64,000 nucleotides of DNA, taken from positions 8,978 through 72,977 of IMG/VR virus record IMGVR_UViG_3300017605_000880. One strand, given 5' to 3'. Of this stretch, positions 1 to 9,617 are shown piece after piece. A program made the translations under genes and the position numbers. The notes under the pieces are model-generated. The model was given only the letters and a program-made list of their open reading frames with translations. It was not told where the DNA came from and ran no database searches. Each line of letters starts with the position of its first letter. The first letter of the stretch is position 1. Origin of the DNA: a virus.

Positions 1-234
1 TCGAGCGCCCTACGGAAATGGCGCCTGCACATCCCGAACGCGGTCATCGACCCCGGCTGGCGCGGCCCGCTGTTCGTCGGGGTGTGGAACCTCGGCGGGA
101 ACCCCGTCACCGTCAAAGCCGGCGACCGGCTCGGACAGCTGATCCTCATCCCCAACCACCCCGCCCCGATCGAGGTCGTCGCAGCGGTTGAGGACCACCC
201 CCGGGGTTTGAAAGGTTTCGGCTCGAGCGGATGA
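1..234 (+). CDS. dut: trimeric dUTPase-family protein (5' truncated by window)
   Basis: Frame 1 reads SSALRKW...AVIDPGWRGPL...KAGDRLGQL...RGLKGFGSSG*: dUTPase motifs 2-5; stop overlaps the next ATG (ATGA). Confidence 0.85.
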   Translation, partial: SSALRKWRLHIPNAVIDPGWRGPLFVGVWNLGGNPVTVKAGDRLGQLILIPNHPAPIEVVAAVEDHPRGLKGFGSSG

Positions 235-674
235 AACCGAACCACCAATGCCGGGTCTGCGGGCGGTGGCTCGAAGGCGAATGGAACCGGACCACCGACC
301 CAGACCTGCAGGCCGCCCTACAGCGGCAGATGGACCAAGGCCACTGCGACAGCTGCACACCAGACCCCGAACGACCCCACCAATGGCGACCTACCCGGCT
401 CGGCATCACCCGCATCCTGCAGACCGAACGGCTATCCATCCACCGCGTCAACTACCTGTGGTGGTGCGCCTGGTGCGGCCGGCAGACCAGACAACCCGAC
501 TACCCCGGCGGGATGTGCAACCAACACCGGCTCGCAGAGATCACCGGCCGGACCTACACCGCCGACACCAAACCCCCACTCCCAGGAAGGCCACCCAACC
601 GGACATGGCACCCGACTACCACTGCGTGTACTGCCGCCCCCAACCCCACGCACGATTCCACAACGGCACATTGA
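231..674 (+). CDS. Cys-rich hypothetical protein (putative Zn-binding)
   Basis: CRVC, CDSC, CAWC, CNQH motifs; translationally coupled to dut. Confidence 0.6.
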   Translation: MKPNHQCRVCGRWLEGEWNRTTDPDLQAALQRQMDQGHCDSCTPDPERPHQWRPTRLGITRILQTERLSIHRVNYLWWCAWCGRQTRQPDYPGGMCNQHRLAEITGRTYTADTKPPLPGRPPNRTWHPTTTACTAAPNPTHDSTTAH

Positions 675-895
675 TCGAAATCGTTCTGCACCACCTCGGA
701 CGGCGCTGCCACGGCGACATCACCCGGCTCACACCCACCGAATGGGACAGTTACGCACCCGCCCACGTGGATACAGAGCTGCGCCAGAAATGGGTCCAGA
801 ACTGGCAACGCGAACATGCACCCGCCACTGCGACAGCCCGACCGGACCGGCCCCGACCTGCCGGGACCGTCCGACGGCCCACCCCCCGCCGGTAG
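605..895 (+). CDS. hypothetical protein (CxxC)
   Basis: MAPDYHCVYC... within ORF 248-895. Confidence 0.4.
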   Translation: MAPDYHCVYCRPQPHARFHNGTLIEIVLHHLGRRCHGDITRLTPTEWDSYAPAHVDTELRQKWVQNWQREHAPATATARPDRPRPAGTVRRPTPRR

Positions 896-1076
896 GGTGT
901 TGTCCCGCCAGAACCAGCGGTACGATAGACGATCCGCGCCCGCAGACAGGAGCGGGGGGCTGCGCCGCCACGCGCAACCCCCCACCTACCGTCACCGGAC
1001 CCGCAAGAACCACCTGGATCAATCCTAGCACAACCGGCCCCCGACGGCCGCCAACCACCAACAAGAGGGGGGACGA

Positions 1077-3260
1077 GTGGAACGTACCCCGCTGCAGGTC
1101 GTGCTCGACGCCATCACCACCCGCACCGGGACCGGGCAGCTGCAGAACGGCCAGTGGCGGTTGCACTGCCCCGCCCACCCAGACCGGAACTCCAGCCTCG
1201 GCCTCGGCGAATCCCCAGCCGGACACGCCCTGCTGTACTGCCAAGCCGGCTGCCGCACCGAAGACGTCCTCGCATCGGTCGACCTGCAGATGCGCGACCT
1301 GTACCCCATCCCGGTCAGCGACCGTCGTGACGACCCGATCGTCGCCACCTACCCCTACGTTGACGAGACCGGGCAGCTACTGTTCCAAGTGCTACGGACC
1401 GCGAACAAACGGTTCATGCAACGCCGCCCCGACCCCGACCACCACGGCAAATGGATCTACAAACTCGACGAGGTCCGACGGGTCCTGTACCGCCTCCCAG
1501 CTGTGCTGCAAGCCATCCGCGAAGGCCAAACCATCTACCTGGTGGAGGGCGAGAAAGACGTCCACACCGTCGAGTTGGACGGCGGTGTCGGGACTTGCAA
1601 CCCCGGCGGCGCCGGGAAATGGCGACCCGAATATACCGAACAGCTACGCGGCGCCCACCTCGTCATCGTCGCCGACATCGACCCCACCGGGGTCGGGATG
1701 CGCCACGCCCGGACCCTACACCAACAGCTACAACCAGTAGCAGCCAGCCTGTTGTTGACCCAGCCCGCTGCCGGGAAAGACACCACCGACCACCGGCTCG
1801 CCGGGCACCAACTGGACGAACTGACCATCGTCGACCCTAACCCCCCAACCCCCAGCTTGCAGGCCGTCCCGCTGCCCCCGGAGGCCATCGACGGGCCAGC
1901 CGAGCCGGTATCACCCGCCACCATTGATATGGGGAGAGCGAGGATCCGGTTGACCCCCGCCAGCGCATTCACCATCAAACCCGTCCGGTGGGTGTGGGAC
2001 GGGCGGATGCCGCTCGGCGAGATCTGCCTCATCGCCGGCCGCGAAGGCGTCGGCAAAAGCACATTCCTAGCCTGGCTCACCGCCGCCATCACAAACGGTA
2101 ACCTCCCCGGGGTGTACGAAGGCGAACCCCGGGCCGTCCTGTATTCAGCATCGGAAGACGCCTGGAGTTACACCATCGCCCCCCGGATGGTCGCCGCCGG
2201 AGCCAACCTCGACCTGGTCTACCGGATCGACACACTCGACGACGACGGCACCCCCGGGAAGTTGATCCTCCCACGCGACAGCCGGTACCTGCCGGAGATC
2301 GCCGAAGAAACCAAAGCCGCCGCACTCATGTGCGACCCCATCCTCAGCCTCGTCGACGGAAGGATCAACCCCAACCAAGCCCAAGAACTCCGGTCCGCAC
2401 TCGAACCGTTGAAACACGCCGCCGAAACCGCCGGGATCGTCGTCCCCGCACTGGTGCACTTCAACAAAACCCGCGACGTCGACATCCTATCGATGATCGC
2501 CGGGTCGAGATCCTGGTCCGAAGTCGCCCGCGCCGCACTCGCCATCGCCGAGGACAAAGAAGCCGAAGAATACACCTGTGTCGTCTCCCAAGGCAAGAAC
2601 AACCTCGGCCGGAGAAACCTCCCCAACCTGCTGTACACCATCGACGACGTAGCGTTGGAGACCGAGGACGGACCACCCGCCAGGGTCGGGCGGCTGCGCT
2701 GGACCGGCGAGACCGAACTGGAGGCGGAGGAGGTCCTCCAACGGAAACCGGCCAGCCAAGCCAACCGCGACAACGTCAACCGGACCCAGGCGGCGATCCT
2801 GGACTGGCTGGACGAACAAGGCCGCGCCTGCAGCCCCCGCGAGGTCGCTGACGGACTCCCGGACGTCCTGAACTACGAGAACGCGAAGAAAACCCTCGCC
2901 CGGTTGGCGTCACGCGGCGTGATCCAACGCGTAGGGACAGGCTTGTATCGCACTGAACCCGCTGTCCCTGCCGCCGGAGCCGGGTCAACGGCCGCGCGCA
3001 CGCGCGACCCCCTCGGAAACCTGTCCCTGTCCCCCTCCCAAGTCAGGGGGGGTAAAAGGGAGGGACAGGGACAGCAGGGACAAGGGACAGGGACAGGGAC
3101 GGAGGGGGCAGGGGGGTTGTCCCTCGAGGTGGTAAGGAGCTGTTCGGTCTGCTACGGACCGTTAACCCCAGTAGAGCCAGGGCAAACCACCCACCCCACC
3201 TGCCAACCCGAGACGCCCGGTGATACGCTGGGTGCCACGGAAGGAGACACCGCCACATGA
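1077..3260 (+). CDS. DNA primase/helicase (Zn finger + TOPRIM + RecA-like AAA ATPase + C-terminal wHTH)
   Basis: CPAHPD...CQAGC Zn finger; TOPRIM YLVEGEKD and VADID..G; Walker A GREGVGKST; Walker B LMCDP. Confidence 0.9.
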   Translation: MERTPLQVVLDAITTRTGTGQLQNGQWRLHCPAHPDRNSSLGLGESPAGHALLYCQAGCRTEDVLASVDLQMRDLYPIPVSDRRDDPIVATYPYVDETGQLLFQVLRTANKRFMQRRPDPDHHGKWIYKLDEVRRVLYRLPAVLQAIREGQTIYLVEGEKDVHTVELDGGVGTCNPGGAGKWRPEYTEQLRGAHLVIVADIDPTGVGMRHARTLHQQLQPVAASLLLTQPAAGKDTTDHRLAGHQLDELTIVDPNPPTPSLQAVPLPPEAIDGPAEPVSPATIDMGRARIRLTPASAFTIKPVRWVWDGRMPLGEICLIAGREGVGKSTFLAWLTAAITNGNLPGVYEGEPRAVLYSASEDAWSYTIAPRMVAAGANLDLVYRIDTLDDDGTPGKLILPRDSRYLPEIAEETKAAALMCDPILSLVDGRINPNQAQELRSALEPLKHAAETAGIVVPALVHFNKTRDVDILSMIAGSRSWSEVARAALAIAEDKEAEEYTCVVSQGKNNLGRRNLPNLLYTIDDVALETEDGPPARVGRLRWTGETELEAEEVLQRKPASQANRDNVNRTQAAILDWLDEQGRACSPREVADGLPDVLNYENAKKTLARLASRGVIQRVGTGLYRTEPAVPAAGAGSTAARTRDPLGNLSLSPSQVRGGKREGQGQQGQGTGTGTEGAGGLSLEVVRSCSVCYGPLTPVEPGQTTHPTCQPETPGDTLGATEGDTAT
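2933..3125. repeat. GGGACA direct/inverted hexamer array (candidate replication origin iterons)
   Basis: GGGACA at 2934, 3062, 3068, 3077, 3084, 3090; inverse TGTCCC at 2963, 3022, 3028, 3118. Confidence 0.6.
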
Positions 3261-4699
3261 GCCGACGCACCCCCACCCCAGACATCGACCGCATCTGGAC
3301 CACCACCTGGACCACACACCTGTGGCACCAACAATGGCTCGCCCACCTGCACACCCAAACCCGAGCCAACCCCAACCACCCAGGACACGACCACCTCGAC
3401 CACTACCACCAAGCCGCCCAGGCTTACACCGACAACCCCACCCCATGGTTGATCGAACAACAACACCAAGAACAGATCACCCGACACGACCTGCAAGCCG
3501 CACTCGACGTGTTCAACCGGCACGCCGGACACGACACCGCCCACTACGGACTCACCAGCCACGACATCACCGACCCCACCACCCAGATCCAGATCCGAGA
3601 CAGCGCCAACCACATCCTGCGCCAGATCACCGAACTCGCCCACCAACTCGGACAACAAGCCCGAACCTGGCGCCTGCAACCGCTGCTCGCCCGCACCCAC
3701 GGCCAACCCGCCCAGGTCACCAGCTACGGACACCGGATCGCCACCACCATCACCCCGCTGCTCGCGGCCGGGGCCCGGCTCGAGGCCGCGATCCAGAACT
3801 ACGACTTCCGCCCGCCGCACGGCGCGGTCGGCACCTCTGCTGACCTGAACCGCGTCCTACACGGGTGGGCCAGCAGCGGGGACGCCCCGACGACGGCCTC
3901 GGAGGGGTCTCCGAGCGCCTCGGAGCCCCCGACGGGTATTTCGGGCCCCCCTCGGGCTTCGGAGGCCGCCGGAAAGGCTTCCGAAGCCGTCGACCTGTAC
4001 GGCGTTTTGATCGCCAAAGCCGCCGGGTTCCTGTTCGTGATGCCCACCACCCGTCAGATCTACCACCGCAGCTACGACCTGCCGATCGCGTCGGCGATGG
4101 TGGAGGTCGCGGCGGTCGCCCAGACCTGGGCCACCGACCGGCGTCTGGAGGCGATGCTCGGGTTGGGCAACGAAACCCGCGACCCGGGGCAGGTCGGCTC
4201 GTCTGCGATGGCACATAAGACCAACCCTGTCTTGTGCGAGCGGATCTGCAGCCTGGCGTCGGTTACGCGGAGTCACTACACCGGGTTGGCGGAGATCGCG
4301 GGGCAGGGTTGGCTCGAGGGGGATGTGTCGACCTCTGCAGCCCGTCGGTTGTTGCTGCCGCAACTGTTCTCGAATGTCTCGGCGATCCTGATCAACTGGC
4401 GGGACGCGGCCGACCGGTGGGAGCCGGATTGTAAGCGGCTATCCCAGGAGTTGGGGTTATACGCCCAGGAGGTGTCGACGGGTGCGTTGCTGCACTATCT
4501 GGTCGAGTCTGGGGTGCCACGGTCGGAGGCTCACGAGAAGCTGCGCGGGGGGGTGTTGGGGGTCCTGGCCGAGGCGGACGACGACCGTCACGAGCAGTTA
4601 GTGGAGGTGATGGTGGATGCGTCTCGGATCCCGGCGCAGGCGTTGATTGAGGTCGATGTAATTGTGGAGGCAACGGCCCCCCTCGGCCCGTCCAGTTGA
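3257..4699 (+). CDS. purB: adenylosuccinate lyase (fumarase/aspartase superfamily)
   Basis: TRHD, HYGLTSHD, ARTHGQPAQ, GAVGT and the signature GSSAMAHKTNPVLCERICSLA. Confidence 0.85.
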   Translation: MSRRTPTPDIDRIWTTTWTTHLWHQQWLAHLHTQTRANPNHPGHDHLDHYHQAAQAYTDNPTPWLIEQQHQEQITRHDLQAALDVFNRHAGHDTAHYGLTSHDITDPTTQIQIRDSANHILRQITELAHQLGQQARTWRLQPLLARTHGQPAQVTSYGHRIATTITPLLAAGARLEAAIQNYDFRPPHGAVGTSADLNRVLHGWASSGDAPTTASEGSPSASEPPTGISGPPRASEAAGKASEAVDLYGVLIAKAAGFLFVMPTTRQIYHRSYDLPIASAMVEVAAVAQTWATDRRLEAMLGLGNETRDPGQVGSSAMAHKTNPVLCERICSLASVTRSHYTGLAEIAGQGWLEGDVSTSAARRLLLPQLFSNVSAILINWRDAADRWEPDCKRLSQELGLYAQEVSTGALLHYLVESGVPRSEAHEKLRGGVLGVLAEADDDRHEQLVEVMVDASRIPAQALIEVDVIVEATAPLGPSS

Positions 4700-4731
4700 C
4701 ACCCGGGGTGGCACGGTGGTTTCCTGGTGGG

Positions 4732-5214
4732 ATGCCTGAACATAGCCACGCCGATCCGGCTGCTGAGTTCCGACGGTCGATGCAGGACGGGCATCCCTGG
4801 CTGCCCGGCGGCGTCTTCGCCGCCAACCCCGGACTGGACCAGCGCATCCTGGCCGCGCTGGAATCCTGGACCGCTCCGTTGTCCTGGGCAAATAGTCCGC
4901 CGCCGTCGATCCTGGTTGAGTTCGAGACCGACGCGCACAGGGCCGAGGTCGAAGCACTTCGAACGCAGATCGCGGCACTCACCGCCGAACGGGACCGGGC
5001 ACAACGCCTCGCCGGGGAAGCACGGGCGCTGCTGGAGTCCTGGTACCACGACCCGGACTGTTCGGTCGGCAGACGTGAGCTGCAGCACTTCGAAGGCGAG
5101 AAGGTGTGCGCGCACTTCAAAGAGCGGTGGCGGCACCAGTGCGCCGAGGCGCTGCTCGCCGTCCTGGGCGGCGCCGAACCCGACGGGGAGGCTGTTGGCC
5201 CCAGCGAGAGCTAA
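4732..5214 (+). CDS. hypothetical protein
   Basis: ORF with coiled-coil segment, downstream of operator-like site at 4697. Confidence 0.55.
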   Translation: MPEHSHADPAAEFRRSMQDGHPWLPGGVFAANPGLDQRILAALESWTAPLSWANSPPPSILVEFETDAHRAEVEALRTQIAALTAERDRAQRLAGEARALLESWYHDPDCSVGRRELQHFEGEKVCAHFKERWRHQCAEALLAVLGGAEPDGEAVGPSES

Positions 5215-5224
5215 GCTGGGATCT

Positions 5225-5407
5225 ATGCCAGCTGATGTCTTCGCCCGAGTCCGGGTCACCCGAGTATTCAACCTCGAAGAACAACTCCGCGACCAAGTCC
5301 AAACCCTGCAAGGCCAACTCCAAACCCTGCAAGGCCAACTCCAGACCCTGCAGGGTCAGGTCCAGAACCTGAACCAACGAGTCACCGCTCTGGAGAACGC
5401 ACCGTGA
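5225..5407 (+). CDS. small coiled-coil protein with heptad repeats
   Basis: QVQTLQG-QLQTLQG-QLQTLQG-QVQNLNQ encoded by a 21-bp tandem repeat. Confidence 0.6.
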   Translation: MPADVFARVRVTRVFNLEEQLRDQVQTLQGQLQTLQGQLQTLQGQVQNLNQRVTALENAP

Positions 5408-5420
5408 AAGGACAACACCT

Positions 5421-5951
5421 GTGGTAAGCGACGGATATTGGCTGGCCGCCCCCGGCCACGGCTGGCGGCGGGTCAAGCTCGAGGATTACCTGACCGCAGC
5501 CGGCAACGCCGGGCTGTACCGCACCGTCACCGACCGGCCCCCCGAAGCGTTCACCGACATCGCCTCCGGGATCCGAGGCACCACGACCGACCCGAACACC
5601 ACCCCGCAGGAGGTCCCCCGGTTGCACGTGGAAGGCCGGACGTTGAACGAGCAGCTGGGCGATCTGCGCACCGCATGGAGCCAGCTTGGCGAGGCGTTGG
5701 CTGCTGTCGGCCAGGCGTCGCGCGTGATCGCCGAGGCCCGGCAGATCTTCCGGGAGGCTGTGACGGTCAAGAACCAGTCGTGTTCGGCCGCGCTGCCCCA
5801 GGGGGATCCCCGGGTGTGCTATGTCTGGACGACCCACGAACACCCCGACCTGCCCGGGATCAAGATCGAGACCTGCATGCGATGTGGGCAGCCCAACTGG
5901 GAGGCCCTGACCCGGCTGCTGCAGCCAACCGACAAGGAGAACCCCGAGTGA
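5421..5951 (+). CDS. hypothetical protein
   Basis: ORF with C-terminal CMRC. Confidence 0.55.
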   Translation: MVSDGYWLAAPGHGWRRVKLEDYLTAAGNAGLYRTVTDRPPEAFTDIASGIRGTTTDPNTTPQEVPRLHVEGRTLNEQLGDLRTAWSQLGEALAAVGQASRVIAEARQIFREAVTVKNQSCSAALPQGDPRVCYVWTTHEHPDLPGIKIETCMRCGQPNWEALTRLLQPTDKENPE

Positions 5952-6586
5952 ACCGGCCCATCAAGATCCTCACCGCCGCCGTCACAACCGCCGCCATAGT
6001 TGTGACACTGACCGGCTGCTCCAAGACCGAGAACTGGATCGCCGACGCGATGCGCGCGTTGGGCTCCACCCCCGGCACCGTGTACAACTTCGGACCGGAC
6101 GGGCAGCAGGTCTATCAGGCGCACTGCCGCAGCCTGGACTTCGCTCCGGACCACCAGTTCGACGTATATAACGCCAAGGGAGAGAAGACCGGCGACTCAT
6201 CGGTCATCCTGATCTCCTGCGGCGACAACCAGATCCGGACGGTGGGGTTCACCACGGTCTACGTCTCGGACGAGGCCCAGGGGGCTCTGTTCGCCAACTC
6301 GCAGCAGTTCGCCAGCCTGCGGATCCAGAACAACGACCGCAGCATCCCGTTGGTCAACTTTGCGTGGCGGGCGGTTAAGAACCAGTTCGTGGGGACGGCC
6401 GGTGTCGCGCAGGTGTGCGACCAGTGGAACAACCCGATCATGGCTTTCGCGGGGACGATCAACGGGTTCTCCACCGATGTGACGAAGTCGACGATGTTCC
6501 AGGTCAAGTACGGCGACAAGAAAACGGGCTATGTCTGGGTGTCGCGCGGGTCGTACACCGTGACCGACACGGCGCTGCTGGGCTGA
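5948..6586 (+). CDS. lipoprotein, DUF5052-like
   Basis: GTG start after AAGGAG; lipobox LTGC; C-terminus NPIMAFAG...VSRGSYTVTDTALL resembles DUF5052. Confidence 0.65.
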   Translation: MNRPIKILTAAVTTAAIVVTLTGCSKTENWIADAMRALGSTPGTVYNFGPDGQQVYQAHCRSLDFAPDHQFDVYNAKGEKTGDSSVILISCGDNQIRTVGFTTVYVSDEAQGALFANSQQFASLRIQNNDRSIPLVNFAWRAVKNQFVGTAGVAQVCDQWNNPIMAFAGTINGFSTDVTKSTMFQVKYGDKKTGYVWVSRGSYTVTDTALLG

Positions 6587-6648
6587 CGGGGGGGGCAGGG
6601 CGGCGGACGCACCTTGTGTCACACTGGATGTCACGCTAAGATGGTGCC

Positions 6649-7284
6649 GTGGATCTATCGATACGAACCGCCACCGCCGCCCTGACCGCACTCGCCACCC
6701 TCACCCTCACCACCGGGTGTAACACCGACTTCTGGGGCAACCCACAACCCGGCCCCAGCGACGAAGGCACCAGCTGCCCCGTAGGAGAAGGACCCGTGGC
6801 CCCACCCCCGCCATTCGACCCCGCCGCCCAACAGAAGCCCGACGGCGTCACCCCCGGCAACAGCTGGATCGTGTTCGAACTCGAAGTCCGGGCGTTGGAC
6901 GTCGACGGGAACCGCGACTACTGCATCCCGTTCGCCGGGCACGTCTACGCCCGATCCGGCGAAGCCGACACCGTCACCCTCGACGGTGCCGGGCTGCCCG
7001 GCGGGCCGCACGACTTTACCGGGACCACCCCCTGGGCCGGGCGGTACCTCGCGCTGCAGTACAACCCGACCGAGCAGCGGTTCGCCGGCCAACCCCCCGC
7101 CTATGAGGTCCACCTCGACGCGACCTACCTCGCCGATCGGGACGCCCACAACCCGCCCCCGGCGGCGCTGCGCTGTGCGATCCGGCTGCGCGGGGCGACC
7201 GTCGCGCAGGACCTGTCGGTGATCGCCCAGGGCAGCAACGTCCGGTGTGAGCTGCGCAGCAACGACTACTGGATCCACGCATGA
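6649..7284 (+). CDS. lipoprotein of unknown function
   Basis: Hydrophobic signal peptide and lipobox TTGC; Pro-rich linker. Confidence 0.7.
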   Translation: MDLSIRTATAALTALATLTLTTGCNTDFWGNPQPGPSDEGTSCPVGEGPVAPPPPFDPAAQQKPDGVTPGNSWIVFELEVRALDVDGNRDYCIPFAGHVYARSGEADTVTLDGAGLPGGPHDFTGTTPWAGRYLALQYNPTEQRFAGQPPAYEVHLDATYLADRDAHNPPPAALRCAIRLRGATVAQDLSVIAQGSNVRCELRSNDYWIHA

Positions 7285-7367
7285 AGATCTCAATTCTGTT
7301 GGTCGCCCTGACGGCGGCGTTCTGCACCCTCGCGGCGGTCGGATTCCTGGCCGGATACATCCGATGA
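7281..7367 (+). CDS. small membrane peptide (28 aa)
   Basis: MKISILLVALTAAFCTLAAVGFLAGYIR; ATGA overlaps on both sides. Confidence 0.5.
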   Translation: MKISILLVALTAAFCTLAAVGFLAGYIR

Positions 7368-7738
7368 GCCGGGCGTTGTACGGCAACGCCCGAGGCCACT
7401 GGGCGCAGTTGACCTGGCCGACGGGGCTGGTGGCCCCCCCGGTGTTGGGGATGCACCAGCCGCTGGTCGGGCCAGTCGAGTTGACCTATCTCGGGCATCC
7501 CGGCGATGTCATGAGCCGGATCTGCGTGCGGCACGGCGGCGGGAACAAACGTCCGGCGCAGCAGGCGATCGCCCGGCTGCTCGGGGTGACCCAGCAGTCG
7601 GTGTCACGGTACGCTCAGGGGCAGACGTTGCCGCCAACCATCGCCGTGCCGATAATCGTCCGAATGTGGTTCGACCCGCAGTTGGTCGAGGACGCGATGG
7701 CTGCGATCGAGGCGGAGGGGGGCAGCGACGGTGGTTGA
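7364..7738 (+). CDS. XRE/Cro-like HTH DNA-binding protein
   Basis: QQAIARLLGVTQQSVSRYAQG. Confidence 0.75.
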   Translation: MSRALYGNARGHWAQLTWPTGLVAPPVLGMHQPLVGPVELTYLGHPGDVMSRICVRHGGGNKRPAQQAIARLLGVTQQSVSRYAQGQTLPPTIAVPIIVRMWFDPQLVEDAMAAIEAEGGSDGG

Positions 7739-8096
7739 TCTTCACGGCGAGATTCGGGTCCGGATCGAGGCCCGGCAGCAGCGGGCCCGGGAAGCTGCCC
7801 CGACCTGGGGTAAGAGCGTCCGCGATGGCGGGGTCGGTACGACCTTCACCCACCAGGCTGGGCAATGGGAGGCGGCCGAGGCGACGAAGGTGTTCGTCTA
7901 TCATGAGAACCCGACGGTCGTCCTGCGCAACTGTGCCGAGGACCTTGACGTGCTCGAGCGGCATCGGCCGTGCGCCTGCGATCTGGCTCGCGAAGCCCCA
8001 CACTGCGCCACCCACCGGTGCTATGTCGCCCGGCCGCACGACGCGATCCTGTCGCTGGCCCGCCGCTACGGGATCGAGGAGGTCGGCGGTGCCTGA
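7731..8096 (+). CDS. hypothetical protein (DUF6221-like)
   Basis: HENPTVVLRNCAEDLDVLERH...ILSLARRY. Confidence 0.5.
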   Translation: MVDLHGEIRVRIEARQQRAREAAPTWGKSVRDGGVGTTFTHQAGQWEAAEATKVFVYHENPTVVLRNCAEDLDVLERHRPCACDLAREAPHCATHRCYVARPHDAILSLARRYGIEEVGGA

Positions 8097-8475
8097 CGAA
8101 CACCCGCTGCAGTTCCTGGCCGACCATGGTGCGGGCGAAGATCTCAACCCGGGGCCGTTGCAGTTCCTGGCCGACGCACTGCTTGCGAACGGGGTCAGCC
8201 GGTTCCACGCGGCGAACCTGGTCGCCGCTATGGCCGACACGCTCGAGGTCGAACGGAAAGCAGCCGATATGAACGCCTGGCGGCAATGCCGGGCCGAAGC
8301 CGACGCGTGGCGCGACGAACTGGCCGCCAGGATCGGCCGGTCCGAACAGCTGTATGGGGTGCAGATGGAAGCCGCCTGGGAGATGCACGACGTCATAGCG
8401 GCGGTCCGGGCGCGGGGGATGCGCGACGGGCTGGCTGTCGCGGCGGCGATCCTAGCAGAATCGAGGACCCAGTAA
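8089..8475 (+). CDS. hypothetical protein
   Basis: GTG after GAGGAGG; internal repeat PLQFLAD x2. Confidence 0.55.
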   Translation: MPDEHPLQFLADHGAGEDLNPGPLQFLADALLANGVSRFHAANLVAAMADTLEVERKAADMNAWRQCRAEADAWRDELAARIGRSEQLYGVQMEAAWEMHDVIAAVRARGMRDGLAVAAAILAESRTQ

Positions 8476-8996
8476 TGCCCGGCTGGTGGGACCATCTGAT
8501 GCACACTCCGATGCGCGAGCTTGCCTGGTACGACTGGATCGCCGCGATCGTGGTGATCGCGACGTTCCTCGCGGTCCCGATCGGCGCGACGATGGCCATC
8601 CAGCGCTGGCAGCGGCTGCGCCGGGGCAAGCCCACTCCGGAGCAGTTGATCGCCGCGATCAAAGCCGATTATGCCGGCCAGTGGGTAGCCATCCACGGCG
8701 GGCAGGTGTACACCGCCGCCGCGACCGCCGCCGTGGCGTACGCCCGGGCGCAGCGGATACGACATGCCGGGACGATCGTCTATGTCCCCCGCCCGGAGGA
8801 GATCCCCCAATGGGCGGCGAGGTTCGACCGGGAAGGCAGGATCGGCCCGAACGACGAACACGCCACCCGCGAGGGCGCCGAGCGTTGGGCGCGGTCCTGC
8901 GCCCGATCGCGCGGCCCGGCAACGTTGATGCAACGGGTGGACAGCCCGATGCACCTGGGCGGCACCTGGATTGAGATCGGACCGATCGGTGCCTGA
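8475..8996 (+). CDS. membrane protein
   Basis: TM helix WIAAIVVIATFLAVPIGATMAI. Confidence 0.55.
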   Translation: MPGWWDHLMHTPMRELAWYDWIAAIVVIATFLAVPIGATMAIQRWQRLRRGKPTPEQLIAAIKADYAGQWVAIHGGQVYTAAATAAVAYARAQRIRHAGTIVYVPRPEEIPQWAARFDREGRIGPNDEHATREGAERWARSCARSRGPATLMQRVDSPMHLGGTWIEIGPIGA

Positions 8997-9189
8997 CGAG
9001 CAGGACGAGGACGGGATGTTGGTCCTGACCTTCCGCGACGGGGCAGGCCGGGAATGGCTCGCCGCCGCCGCTGTCGGCCCGCTGTCCCGCTACGAGGGCG
9101 CCGACCCCGTCCCGGTCGAGACCATCCCGGTCGGGCTGTTGAAGGATCGCCCGTTCACCCTGTGCCGGATCACGGTGGTCGACCCATGA
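8989..9189 (+). CDS. hypothetical protein
   Basis: Overlapping operon-style ORF. Confidence 0.45.
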   Translation: MPDEQDEDGMLVLTFRDGAGREWLAAAAVGPLSRYEGADPVPVETIPVGLLKDRPFTLCRITVVDP

Positions 9190-9617
9190 CCAGCGGGTGG
9201 CGGAGCGGGCTGTGGAGCCGCGACCGGGAAGCCTACTGGGCCCTGGCCGCCTCCGCTGGACGTTGGCAACGGCGAGGCTGGAGACTGCAGGCCGGGCAGC
9301 ACACGTGGTACCGCGCCGACAGCCGCCGCCGGTTCCGGGTGGTCGCAGCCGCAGCGAAGCTGCCCTACGGACGCGGGATGGGCAAACCCCACACCGACCG
9401 GACTGTGTCCCACGTCGCCGACCTGTGTCTGTTCGCGTGGGAACGGGGCCGGCTGGTCGGGACGATGGCGGTGTGGCTGTGCGGGGCGCACACCTCTGAG
9501 TTCGCCTTAGAGACCGAGATCCTGTCCCGTCCGTGCGGGTTGTGTTTCCTGCGCCGCGACGGGCTCGGGATCCTGATCCAGAACAGCGTCGTGTACATCG
9601 GAGGCGACCGTGGTTGA
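9186..9617 (+). CDS. hypothetical protein (putative Zn-binding)
   Basis: SHVAD...WLCG...PCGLC. Confidence 0.5.
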   Translation: MTSGWRSGLWSRDREAYWALAASAGRWQRRGWRLQAGQHTWYRADSRRRFRVVAAAAKLPYGRGMGKPHTDRTVSHVADLCLFAWERGRLVGTMAVWLCGAHTSEFALETEILSRPCGLCFLRRDGLGILIQNSVVYIGGDRG

